Assembly: GCA_036918135.1 (NCBI GenBank)
Contig: JBALDB010000033.1
Span: 29,226 to 93,225, forward strand
DNA from: Nostoc sp.
GTDB taxonomy: Bacteria; Cyanobacteriota; Cyanobacteriia; Cyanobacteriales; Nostocaceae
Direction of reading: 5' to 3'
DNA length: 64,000 nt
A model generated the notes under the pieces. The model searched no databases. It saw only the letters and a list, made by a program, of their open reading frames with translations, and was not told the origin of the DNA. Shown here piece by piece: positions 41,173 through 50,262 of the stretch (position 1 is the stretch's first letter; every line of letters starts with the position of its first letter). The translations under genes and the position numbers were made by a program.

Positions 41173-41193
41173 TGATTTTTAGATAAAAAACTG

Positions 41194-42408
41194 ATGCTCG
41201 ACAAATCAAGAAAACAGTATATGCAAGTTAGGCAAGAAATTTTTGATACCTATTGGCGATTTGCTACTATCCGCCAAGAAGTATTTTTCAACAAAATTAA
41301 CAATTTACCACCGCCTTGGACGAGCGATCCTATTGTTAATACTTATAAATTTTGTAACGCATATCGAGCAAGCGATCGCGTTTCACAATATCTGATAAAA
41401 AATGTAATTTACAATGAGAATAGGAGCAAAAATCAAGAAGAAGTAGTTTTACGGATTCTACTATTTAAGATTTTTAATAAAATAGAAACATGGGAATATT
41501 TAGAGAATAAAATAGGAGATTATATTACACTGTCTAATTTCGACTCAAATGCATATTCAGATATATTACAAGAGGCTATTAATCTTGGATATGTTATTTA
41601 TACAAGTGCATATATGTCTTGTGCCAGCAAAGAGTTTGGGTATGAGAAAAAGCACCAGAATCATTTGGCATTAATTGATAAAATGGTTGTCCAAGATAGA
41701 GTAGATAATCGCATAGTCGAAGCCAAAAAATTTGAAGACGTTTTTCAGATTCTTCAAGAATATCCATTGCTAGGTAAGTTTATGGCTTACCAATTAGCGA
41801 CAGATATTAACTATAGTGAAATTATCAACTTTGATGAAAACAGTTTTACTATAGCAGGCCCAGGAGCCGAACGTGGCATCAGCAAGTGTTTTCTTGATAC
41901 AGATGGTAAAACATATACTGATATAATTCATTGGATGACTGAAAACCAAGAGAGAGAGTTTCAACGATTAGGGTTAAACTTTCAATCACTCTGGGGTCGT
42001 CCTCTACAAGCTATAGACTGTCAAAATCTTTTTTGTGAAACTGATAAATACTGCCGAGCAGCATTCCCTGATTTAAAAAGTAATCGTCAAAAGATAAAAG
42101 CCAAATTTACTTCAACATCTCAACCAATTGATTATTTTTATCCACCAAAATGGCATATTAACGATAAAATTCAAGAAAATTTAGTACAGAAATTACCACG
42201 ATTAAATATTCATAATTTGCAACCAATCAATAATAGTAATTATCAGCAATTATCTTTGAAATTAGATTTTCTGGTAGAAACAACATCTGAAATTCAGAAT
42301 AATATATCAAAACCACATAAAAAATATGAGCAAGAGACTCAGAAGAAAAAATCAAAAGCTTTCCAAAACGTAAATACAGAACAATTTCAACAGTTATGTC
42401 TGTTTTGA
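41194..42408 (+). CDS. aGPT-Pplase1 / '5-hmdU DNA kinase helical domain' family DNA base-modification protein
   Basis: PPPWTSDP..YKFCNAYRASDRVSQ, LLFKIFNK, FMAYQLATD, AGPGAERG, DCQNLFCETDKY motifs; start may be ATG 41221. Confidence 0.8.
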   Translation: MLDKSRKQYMQVRQEIFDTYWRFATIRQEVFFNKINNLPPPWTSDPIVNTYKFCNAYRASDRVSQYLIKNVIYNENRSKNQEEVVLRILLFKIFNKIETWEYLENKIGDYITLSNFDSNAYSDILQEAINLGYVIYTSAYMSCASKEFGYEKKHQNHLALIDKMVVQDRVDNRIVEAKKFEDVFQILQEYPLLGKFMAYQLATDINYSEIINFDENSFTIAGPGAERGISKCFLDTDGKTYTDIIHWMTENQEREFQRLGLNFQSLWGRPLQAIDCQNLFCETDKYCRAAFPDLKSNRQKIKAKFTSTSQPIDYFYPPKWHINDKIQENLVQKLPRLNIHNLQPINNSNYQQLSLKLDFLVETTSEIQNNISKPHKKYEQETQKKKSKAFQNVNTEQFQQLCLF

Positions 42409-42444
42409 TGCATTTTATTATTCATAAATGAACAGCAATTTAGA

Positions 42445-42966
42445 GTGAAACATATCGAAATGAAAGGATATGCCAAGATTGATAGCACTGAAAAGTATCG
42501 ATATTTACTAGGGCGTAAATGGGTTGAGAATTTGCCGCAAGTTACTTTTGTGATGCTTAACCCAAGTACTGCCGATGCTGACAAAGATGATAGGACACTC
42601 ACTAAATGTATTAACTTTGCTAACTTTTGGGGTTATGGTTCTCTTGAAGTGGTGAATCTATTTGCTTATATTACTCCAAAACCCCGTGAACTTCATCAAG
42701 TAAATGATCCTGTGGGTTTAGAAAATAACTCTTATATTAAATCAGCAACAGAACGCGCTGACTTAATTATTTTGGCATGGGGAGCAAGTAAGTACCCCAA
42801 AAATAACTGTGACCGTGATAAAGAAGTGCTAAGTCTAATTTCTGATAAAAAAACTCTTCACTGCCTCAAGCTAACAAAAAAGGGATACCCAAACCATCCG
42901 CTATATCTTAAAGTTGAAGATAGTAAAAAACTAATTATTTTTCCTAACTCTTCCCTACAAATATAG
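42445..42966 (+). CDS. DUF1643 family protein
   Basis: YRYLLGRKW...FVMLNPSTAD...D.TL..C..FA..WGYG...VVNLFAY...ILAWG...HPLY. Confidence 0.85.
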   Translation: MKHIEMKGYAKIDSTEKYRYLLGRKWVENLPQVTFVMLNPSTADADKDDRTLTKCINFANFWGYGSLEVVNLFAYITPKPRELHQVNDPVGLENNSYIKSATERADLIILAWGASKYPKNNCDRDKEVLSLISDKKTLHCLKLTKKGYPNHPLYLKVEDSKKLIIFPNSSLQI

Positions 42967-43074
42967 CTGAATTAAAAACTTTAATGGCAATACTGTTTAA
43001 GTTTTATCACATTTGTATTTTAGCCCTAAAAAAATCGCTTTAATCAACAAATTTGAAATTGGAGTAGTTTCATT

Positions 43075-44031
43075 ATGAATTTTTATGAGTATCAAACACA
43101 AGCACTTAATACAAACCAGATTCCATCTGTAGAAGGTACTGAACTAATAATACCTCTTCTCGGTTTAGTAGGTGAAGTTGGCTCATTGATGACTGAGTAT
43201 AAAAAACATTTACGCGACGGTGATGCACACAAACTATTTAAAGAAGGTATTGCGGAAGAGTTGGGAGATATGCTTTGGTATATTTCCAACTTAGCAAGCA
43301 AATTTAACCTTAATTTGGAAGAAATTGCGGAAGATAATCAGAGAAAGTGCCATGATCGCTGGGGATGGAGAGATTCAGATACAATAAATAATAAAGCTAC
43401 AAGCTATATATTTGACAATGATTTCCCTGAAAATGAAAGTTTCCCACGAAAGTTTGAAGTAGAAATTACTGAGGTAAGCAAAGATAATTCAGTCAAAATG
43501 AAGGCATTTATAAACAAAAAACAGATTGGAAATGACCTCACGGATAATTCCTATATAAGTGATGGGTACCGCTTTCATGATGTTTTCCATTTTTCCTATG
43601 CCGCAGTTTTAGGTTGGTCAGTTATCACTCGTAGTATGCTTAAACGTAAGCGCAAAAGTAATTCTAATATTGACGAAGTTGAAGACGGCGGCCGTGCAGT
43701 AGCTATTGAGGAAGGTATATCAGCACTCGTATTTAGCTATGCCAAAAATCACGGTTTCTTAGAAGGCGTTTCAACATTAGATTACCAACTATTGAAGACT
43801 ATCAAAAATATGACATCCCATTTAGAAGTTTCTCAATGTTCGCTAGGTGATTGGGAGAAGGCGATTCTTATGGGCTATGATGTCTGGCGACAGGTAGAGA
43901 AAAATCGGGGAGGAAGGGTAGTCGTTGACCTTGATGCACGCTTAATAACCTATTTGGAGGAGTCTAGTTTACGTTTAGCTTCTGTGGAAATAAAACATTC
44001 ACTCAACGATATCTTGCAGAGGAAAAAATGA
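43075..44031 (+). CDS. MazG-like nucleotide pyrophosphohydrolase fused to a MazG-C domain
   Basis: LGLVGEVGSL..EYKK...EELGDMLWY; C-terminal domain LTDNSY..DGYRFHDVFH...KRKS...DEVEDGGRA..IEEG. Confidence 0.85.
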   Translation: MNFYEYQTQALNTNQIPSVEGTELIIPLLGLVGEVGSLMTEYKKHLRDGDAHKLFKEGIAEELGDMLWYISNLASKFNLNLEEIAEDNQRKCHDRWGWRDSDTINNKATSYIFDNDFPENESFPRKFEVEITEVSKDNSVKMKAFINKKQIGNDLTDNSYISDGYRFHDVFHFSYAAVLGWSVITRSMLKRKRKSNSNIDEVEDGGRAVAIEEGISALVFSYAKNHGFLEGVSTLDYQLLKTIKNMTSHLEVSQCSLGDWEKAILMGYDVWRQVEKNRGGRVVVDLDARLITYLEESSLRLASVEIKHSLNDILQRKK

Positions 44032-44588
44032 GTTTTTGGTCATCACAAACTTTGATGTCTTATCTTCCTAGTTTAATTGAACCATTTAATGCCGATCAAA
44101 TTGAGTCTGCATCGTATGAATTGTGCATCGGGGAAGAAGTTTATATTTCAGCCCTTCCTGATACACCTTTGAGAGAGCGGAAAAAAATTATTCTTAGAGA
44201 TAAAGAAACTGTTCCTATTCCTCCAGGGCAGTTTGCATTTCTAATAACTTCTGAAACAATCAAAGTTCCAAATAATGCACTTGCATTTATTTCAATTAAA
44301 TTTAAATTTAAATCGAATGGACTGATTAATGTTTCAGGTTTTCATGTCGATCCTGGCTATAGTGGCAAACTAATTTTTGCTGTTTATAATGCTGGGCCTC
44401 TTAACTTTAATATAGGAAAAGGTGAGAGGGTTTTTTCTATATGGTACACAGATTTAGATAAAGATGATGAAAATCCCCGAAAGAAAGTAGGTTATGATTC
44501 AATTCCCACTGATTTAATGAATAGTCCTGATTTAGTTTCTTCTCTTCCTTATTTAGTAAAACGTTTGGATGATATGGATAAAAAATAG
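44028..44588 (+). CDS. dCTP deaminase/dUTPase-fold protein with a divergent active site; a probable membrane tail continues in another frame to 44722
   Basis: ASYELCIG, IPPGQFAFLITSE, HVDPGYSGKL, YNAGP; ATGA overlap with the MazG stop. Confidence 0.8.
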   Translation: MSFWSSQTLMSYLPSLIEPFNADQIESASYELCIGEEVYISALPDTPLRERKKIILRDKETVPIPPGQFAFLITSETIKVPNNALAFISIKFKFKSNGLINVSGFHVDPGYSGKLIFAVYNAGPLNFNIGKGERVFSIWYTDLDKDDENPRKKVGYDSIPTDLMNSPDLVSSLPYLVKRLDDMDKK

Positions 44589-44870
44589 AGAATTATTCTG
44601 TTAAACAGGCTTTTGTCTTTACGATTGCTATTGGGGTTCTACTTGCTTTGGCAAAACCAATAGTAGATATATTTATACAGCCATTACTCAATATAATTAA
44701 ATCTTCTCTTGCCATTTATTAATTTTCAATTGGTAAAATGAATCTAAGCTGTCGCTGTATACATACTTAGACTAAATAAGTGAAAACTTTTTAAGTATCA
44801 AGTCTTCTAACGCAACAAAGCTTGTTAGATTTATTAGGATAATAAATGAAATACAAATATAATCTAGGTT

Positions 44871-45635
44871 GTGCCTATGACTTCCTTATCAGCATTAACT
44901 TTACCTGACCACACCCAGTTACCAGACTCAGATGGTACATTTGTGAAAAATCTTCAGGAGCATCCGCAAAGTATTTTAATTACAGATTCAATTAAACCTG
45001 TTTTAGAGAAACTTCATCCTGATGGTCAATATTGTATCGGACAAGATTCTGGTATTTACTGGCGATTGACAGATCCTCTTGAAAAAGGGGCTGAAGCACC
45101 AGACTGGTTTTATGTACCCAATGTACCACCGACACTTAACGGTAAAATGCGCCGTTCTTATGTGCTGTGGAAAGAGTATGTTGCACCCCTAATTGTGATT
45201 GAATTTGTTTCTGGAGATGGTTCAGAAGAACGAGACAAGACACCGTCATCACAAGCGGAAAGTGGAAATGCTGGTAAATTTTGGGTTTATGAACAGGCAA
45301 TTCGAGTGCCTTATTATGGAATTTATGAAGTAGCAAAAGCTCAGGTTGAGGTATATCACCTTATCGATTTTACCTATCAACAGATGAAACCCAATGAAAG
45401 AGGACATTACCCAATTGCTCCTTTAGGGATAGAGTTGGGAATTTGGCAGGGTTTGTATCAGAATGCAGAATTACCTTGGTTACGGTGGTGGGATGCACAA
45501 GGAAATTTACTGCTAACAGGTGAAGAACGTGCTGAAGTTGAGCGACAAAAGCGGCTATCAATTACAGAAAAATTACGTACTCTCTCTGTTGAACAACTCA
45601 ATGCTTTAGGAATTGACCTAGAAATGTTGGATTAG
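44871..45635 (+). CDS. Uma2 family endonuclease
   Basis: LPDHTQLPDSDG, EAPDWFYVP, IEFVSGDG. Confidence 0.92.
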   Translation: MPMTSLSALTLPDHTQLPDSDGTFVKNLQEHPQSILITDSIKPVLEKLHPDGQYCIGQDSGIYWRLTDPLEKGAEAPDWFYVPNVPPTLNGKMRRSYVLWKEYVAPLIVIEFVSGDGSEERDKTPSSQAESGNAGKFWVYEQAIRVPYYGIYEVAKAQVEVYHLIDFTYQQMKPNERGHYPIAPLGIELGIWQGLYQNAELPWLRWWDAQGNLLLTGEERAEVERQKRLSITEKLRTLSVEQLNALGIDLEMLD

Positions 45636-46234
45636 TAAGTATTATCGTCTAGTAATAATACATCTTCATATATTTCGGCGTAGGCGTAGCCCGCCGCAGG
45701 CATCGCACAACGAAAATCAACGCTAGCTAAATGTACTTCGTCTCCTTTTTCATAAGGGTAAAGTACCCAATGTCCTTCTTCATTACGGCGAAAGCATTCT
45801 ACACTCATTCTGTCTGGTGAAATTAGCACATATTCTTGTAGTGATTCTAAATGTCGATAATTAGCAAATTTTTTTCCTCTATCATAAGCTTCTGTTGATT
45901 CAGAAAGCACTTCCACAACTAAGGAAGGATAGCACTTAAAATATTCAAATTCTCTATCTCTTGTATCACAAGTAACCATGACATCAGGATAAAAATAGCG
46001 ATTTATAACATCAATTTGGGCTTTCATATCTAACATGTAAACACGGCAACCACTACCCCGGAGATGGTTTCGCAGCAACATAGATACATTCATGCTAACT
46101 GTGACATGACCATCACTCGCCCCAGCCATTGCATAGACTTGCCCATCAATATACTCGTGTTTAATTTCACTTACTTTCTCAGCTTCTAAATATTCTTCTG
46201 GGGAGATATAATACTCGCTTTGGCTAATGACCAT
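45632..46234 (-). CDS. Uma2 family endonuclease with a 7-aa element insertion near the C-terminus
   Basis: HEYIDGQVYAMAG, YPDVMVTC, VEVLSESTEAYDRG. Confidence 0.92.
   Translation of the reverse strand: MVISQSEYYISPEEYLEAEKVSEIKHEYIDGQVYAMAGASDGHVTVSMNVSMLLRNHLRGSGCRVYMLDMKAQIDVINRYFYPDVMVTCDTRDREFEYFKCYPSLVVEVLSESTEAYDRGKKFANYRHLESLQEYVLISPDRMSVECFRRNEEGHWVLYPYEKGDEVHLASVDFRCAMPAAGYAYAEIYEDVLLLDDNTY
45681..45701. mobile_element. 21-nt small dispersed repeat inserted in a HIP1 site
   Basis: GCG|TAGGCGTAGCCCGCCGCAGGC|ATCGC; removing the 21 nt restores GCGATCGC. Confidence 0.8.
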
Positions 46235-46282
46235 TTTAGTACCTGAGTAGTTTTATCAAATATTTTAACCAATACAATAAAT

Positions 46283-47878
46283 TTAATGAGCGGCAGCACT
46301 ACCACTTGCTTTCACTTTTTTAAAGAATAAAATGGCAATTCCACTCAACAACAATGCAATGCCAATAAAGTAGAAACAATCGTTAAAAGCCATCACAAAT
46401 GCTTCTCGACGAACTATATTTGATATAGATGCGATCGCCTGATTTTGTGCCGTACTCAAATCTGCTCCTTGGCTGACAAAATACTGTGTCATCTGCTCCA
46501 TTCGCTGTTGAGTTGTTGGGTCGTATAAAGATATTGCATCACCTAATCTATTCGAGTGTAATTGTTCTCTATTCGTTAATAAAGTTGCTAAAGAAGCAAT
46601 TCCAATAGAACCGCCTAGATTCCGCATCATATTAAATAAACCGCTCGCTGAACCTGCTTCTTTCGGACTCAATCCCGCAGTGGCAATCGAACTAAGTGGT
46701 ACCATAATTAGCGGTTGTCCCATTGCACGCACAAATTGTGACCAACGTAATTGCTCTAATCCTGTTTCATTAGTCATTCCGGAATTCATAAATGCACTCA
46801 CGGCAAACAACGTTACACCAACACCCACCATTAGGCGCACATCAATACGTTGCATCAATCTTGGTATCAAAGGAATAATAAATAGTTGAGGAATCCCAGC
46901 CCACATCAATACTTCACCAATTTGCAGCGCATTGTATTTTTGAATTTGGGCAAGATAGAGCGGTAAAATATAAATTGAACCATATAATCCTACTCCTAAA
47001 GATACGTTCACAATACTGGCTAAACCAAAGTTACGCCTCAACAAGAGTCGGAGATTAATAAATGGTTGTTTTCGAGTTAATTCTATAAAGAAAAATACTG
47101 CCAAAAAAATTACGGCAATTACAGTCAAGCGCACAATTAACGCTGAACCAAACCAATCTTTGCGGCTACCTTCTTCTAAAACAACTTGCAGGGAACCTAA
47201 TCCAATTGCCATTGCAATAATTCCCCACCAATCACCTTGTTTTAATAAACTAATTTGTGCTGGTTCTTGTTTAATTCCATACCAAACTCCAGCAAGCATT
47301 AACGCACCTGGAATTAAATTAATATAAAAGTTGTATTCCCAACCAAAATTTTCAGTTAACCAACCTCCTAATGTCGGGCCAATTGATGGGGCAAAAACTG
47401 CACTAAAACCAAATGCCGCCAACCCTATTGATTGTTTTGACGGCGGTAAAGTCGTTAAGACAATTGTCATCGCGCTAGGAATTAATACTCCGCCACTAAA
47501 ACCTTGTAAGGCGCGGAATAAAATCATGGAATTTAAATCCCAAGCCCAAGCACAACATATAGAAAATAAAATAAATAATAGAGTATTTACTAATAGATAA
47601 CGTTGCAGAGAAAAGACTCTGGATAACCATCCTGTTAAAGGAATGACTACAATTTCTGCAACCAAATAGGCGGTAGAAATCCAAGAACCTTCTTCTAGAG
47701 TTGCGGCTAAACTTGCTTGAATATCTTGCAGCGAAGCATTAGTTATTTGAATATCTAATACCGCCATAAACGCACCAAGCATACTCGCTAATACACCAAT
47801 CCAGGTTCTTAGCGATACACGATCTGGTGGTACAGCAGGGTCGTGCCCCTGCTGACGAATTACATCTGTATTAGCCAT
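46283..47878 (-). CDS. DHA2/EmrB-QacA family MFS efflux transporter
   Basis: FMAVLDIQITN, WISTAYL, FRALQG, GPTLGGW, ASGLFNMMRNLGGSIG. Confidence 0.92.
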   Translation of the reverse strand: MANTDVIRQQGHDPAVPPDRVSLRTWIGVLASMLGAFMAVLDIQITNASLQDIQASLAATLEEGSWISTAYLVAEIVVIPLTGWLSRVFSLQRYLLVNTLLFILFSICCAWAWDLNSMILFRALQGFSGGVLIPSAMTIVLTTLPPSKQSIGLAAFGFSAVFAPSIGPTLGGWLTENFGWEYNFYINLIPGALMLAGVWYGIKQEPAQISLLKQGDWWGIIAMAIGLGSLQVVLEEGSRKDWFGSALIVRLTVIAVIFLAVFFFIELTRKQPFINLRLLLRRNFGLASIVNVSLGVGLYGSIYILPLYLAQIQKYNALQIGEVLMWAGIPQLFIIPLIPRLMQRIDVRLMVGVGVTLFAVSAFMNSGMTNETGLEQLRWSQFVRAMGQPLIMVPLSSIATAGLSPKEAGSASGLFNMMRNLGGSIGIASLATLLTNREQLHSNRLGDAISLYDPTTQQRMEQMTQYFVSQGADLSTAQNQAIASISNIVRREAFVMAFNDCFYFIGIALLLSGIAILFFKKVKASGSAAAH

Positions 47879-47949
47879 AGTGTTGTTTAACTTCTCAGAT
47901 AGAGTAGTAAAAAATTTGATGATTAAATCTTATACTCATCTGGAATTTT

Positions 47950-48011
47950 TTCGTCATTAGTCATTTTTTCTTCAACTAATGACTAATGACCAATGACTAA
48001 TAACTAATGAC
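47950..48011. repeat. STRR (TGACTAA)n with an inverted partner
   Basis: GTCATTAGTCATT ... ACTAATGACTAATGACCAATGACTAA. Confidence 0.75.
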
Positions 48012-49481
48012 CTACTTGACTTCCACTGCAATTTCGGCAGACATCCCCGGTGTAATCCGCGATTCATATCCTTGAATACTCTTTTGGTCAAAAACTATTT
48101 TGACTGGGATGCGCTGTACAATTTTGGTAAAGTTACCTGTAGCATTATCTGGTGGCAATAAGGCAAACTGAGCGCCGGAAGCTGGCGAAATACTGTCAAC
48201 ATGACCAGTAAAGCTGTGATGAGGGAAACTATCGAGTTTGATTTCTACTGGTTCTCCTGGGCGCATCTTTTCTAATTGGGTTTCTTTAAAGTTCGCAACT
48301 ACCCAATACTCGTTATCCACGATCGCCATTAACGGTGTTCCTACTGCAACTCGGTTACCAACTTCCACGTTTTTTCTACCTATTCGTCCGGCACTAGGAG
48401 CGGTAACATTAACATAAGATAGTTGCAACTGAGCGTCTTTAAGAGATGCTTCTGATTGAGCGATCGCTGCTTTTGCTGCTTCGTATTGACTGCGTTTTGC
48501 TGTTGTGTCTTGACCGCCAGCTGTTGCTTGTTGCAATCCTCCTTTGGATGCAGCCAACTTCGCTTGGGCGCTGACTACATTTTGTTGAGCTTGTGCTAGT
48601 TGAGACTGGGCTTTGGCGACACCAACTTTGGCAGATGCTAATCTGGCTTGGGCTTGTTCTACTCCCTGAACAGCAGCATTTTTCTGTGCTACAGCTACAT
48701 CATACGCCGCTTTGGCTGTGTCTAACTGCTGACGAGCGATCGCACCCGATCTATACAATTCGTTGTAGCGATTGTAATCGGCTTGGGCTTTTTCCAAGTT
48801 GGCATTTGCTTGGGCTACTTCAGCTTGGGCAGCAGGAATTCCCGCTTGGGCTAATTTAACTTCCGCTTGTGCTGCTGGTATTCCGGCTTGCGCTTCTTGG
48901 ACTGCTGCTTGAGCTGTGGAAATTGAAGCTACAGCATTGCTGACATCCCCCTGCGCCTGAGTTGTCTTACCAGTGGTGGTTTGGGAAGCTAAAGCAATAT
49001 TTGCTTGGGCGGCTTGCGCCTGACCACGCGCATTTTCTAATGCTGCTTGTGCTTGTTGTACTTTACTTTGATAATCGCGTGGATCTAACTTCACTAACAA
49101 CTGTCCCGGTTGTACCAGTTGATTATCATTCACAAGCACTTCAGTCACGGTTCCGGGAATGCGGCTACTAATTTGGTGAATGTTTCCTGTAACAGTGGCG
49201 TTATCTGTTTGTTGGTGAGTAGAGGAATATTGCCAGTAGTGATAACCAAAACCACCAGCGGCGATCGCACCTACGCCTAATCCTGCCAAAATCAAACCAA
49301 TCGGTTTTTTACGCTTCGGTGAAACTTCTTTGTTTGTCTCAGGAGTTACAACAGGAGCTTCTGGTGTTTCTACAGCTTCTGGTGTCTCTACAGCTTCTAA
49401 AGTTTTTAAATCGGTAATCAGTTCTTTGTCTAAAACTGGAGTTTTGTTTTCCTTACGTCCGTTCAATGTTGTAGCGCCCAT
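48012..49481 (-). CDS. EmrA/HlyD family efflux adaptor
   Basis: TDNA, long Ala/Gln coil, VVANFKETQL, FALLPPDNATGNFTKIVQRIPV. Confidence 0.93.
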   Translation of the reverse strand: MGATTLNGRKENKTPVLDKELITDLKTLEAVETPEAVETPEAPVVTPETNKEVSPKRKKPIGLILAGLGVGAIAAGGFGYHYWQYSSTHQQTDNATVTGNIHQISSRIPGTVTEVLVNDNQLVQPGQLLVKLDPRDYQSKVQQAQAALENARGQAQAAQANIALASQTTTGKTTQAQGDVSNAVASISTAQAAVQEAQAGIPAAQAEVKLAQAGIPAAQAEVAQANANLEKAQADYNRYNELYRSGAIARQQLDTAKAAYDVAVAQKNAAVQGVEQAQARLASAKVGVAKAQSQLAQAQQNVVSAQAKLAASKGGLQQATAGGQDTTAKRSQYEAAKAAIAQSEASLKDAQLQLSYVNVTAPSAGRIGRKNVEVGNRVAVGTPLMAIVDNEYWVVANFKETQLEKMRPGEPVEIKLDSFPHHSFTGHVDSISPASGAQFALLPPDNATGNFTKIVQRIPVKIVFDQKSIQGYESRITPGMSAEIAVEVK

Positions 49482-49645
49482 GTGATTTCTAACTTCCTTG
49501 CAGAATGATTTGATTAAATTTCGTTTATTTAGAATACGTATTATTTATCTACTAGACTTATCTCGTCTTTTATTTAGTATGCGTACTATAATCTCACAAG
49601 AAATCTTAACGTTGCTTCACCCGATTGGGTGATTGTCGGACAATC

Positions 49646-50113
49646 TTAAGAAAGATTAGCGATCGCCCGATTCAAGATTTGGGAAAACAGTTCCCGGTCA
49701 GCAAAGGAAATACCGTCCATCGCTTCATCACGCACTGCTGCGGCGATTGGCGGTAAAACAGTCTCTAATTCTTTACCTGCATCCGTTAGCCAGATTCGCC
49801 AGATGCGGCGGTCGTGAGTATCGCGTTCTCGACGCACCAAGCCGCGTTCTTCCATCCGGTCTAATACCCCAGTTAAAGTACCGCCCACTTGTTTGAGTTT
49901 GTCCCCAATACTAGAAGTAGGTAAACCATCTTCTTGCCAAAGACAGCACAATACCAACCAGTGAAATGGCGTCAATCCAAAAGGTTCTAGTCTGTCTGTA
50001 AACTTGCGTCCAACTAGTTGGGAGAGTAATTTGATTCTGTAGCCCATATTATATGGTGCAAGATTTTGCTGCCACGACTCTAAAGCTGGGGATTGATTAG
50101 ATGTATAAACCAT
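49646..50113 (-). CDS. MarR family transcriptional regulator
   Basis: LTGVLDRMEERGLVRR...DRR...LTDAG. Confidence 0.93.
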   Translation of the reverse strand: MVYTSNQSPALESWQQNLAPYNMGYRIKLLSQLVGRKFTDRLEPFGLTPFHWLVLCCLWQEDGLPTSSIGDKLKQVGGTLTGVLDRMEERGLVRRERDTHDRRIWRIWLTDAGKELETVLPPIAAAVRDEAMDGISFADRELFSQILNRAIANLS

Positions 50114-50262
50114 TTGGCAGAATAGTTCGTATACGTAATATTAATATAATATCTAAATTTTTGTGTTTTGACAATAGCTGCTTTTAATCTTGATTATAGA
50201 GAATAGCGTATGGGACATAGAGGATGAAATATTGGTAATTAGTTTTTGACTAATGACAAAAC

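Noticed and set aside
41160..41188. dif-like (XerC/D) site TTGTCGCATAA-TCTGAT-TTTTAGATAAA
   Set aside because: The left arm resembles a XerC arm but the right arm matches TTATGTTAAAT poorly; the palindrome explains the match
41194..44722. Prophage origin of the cassette
   Set aside because: No integrase, structural or replication genes, and no att-like direct repeats were seen around it
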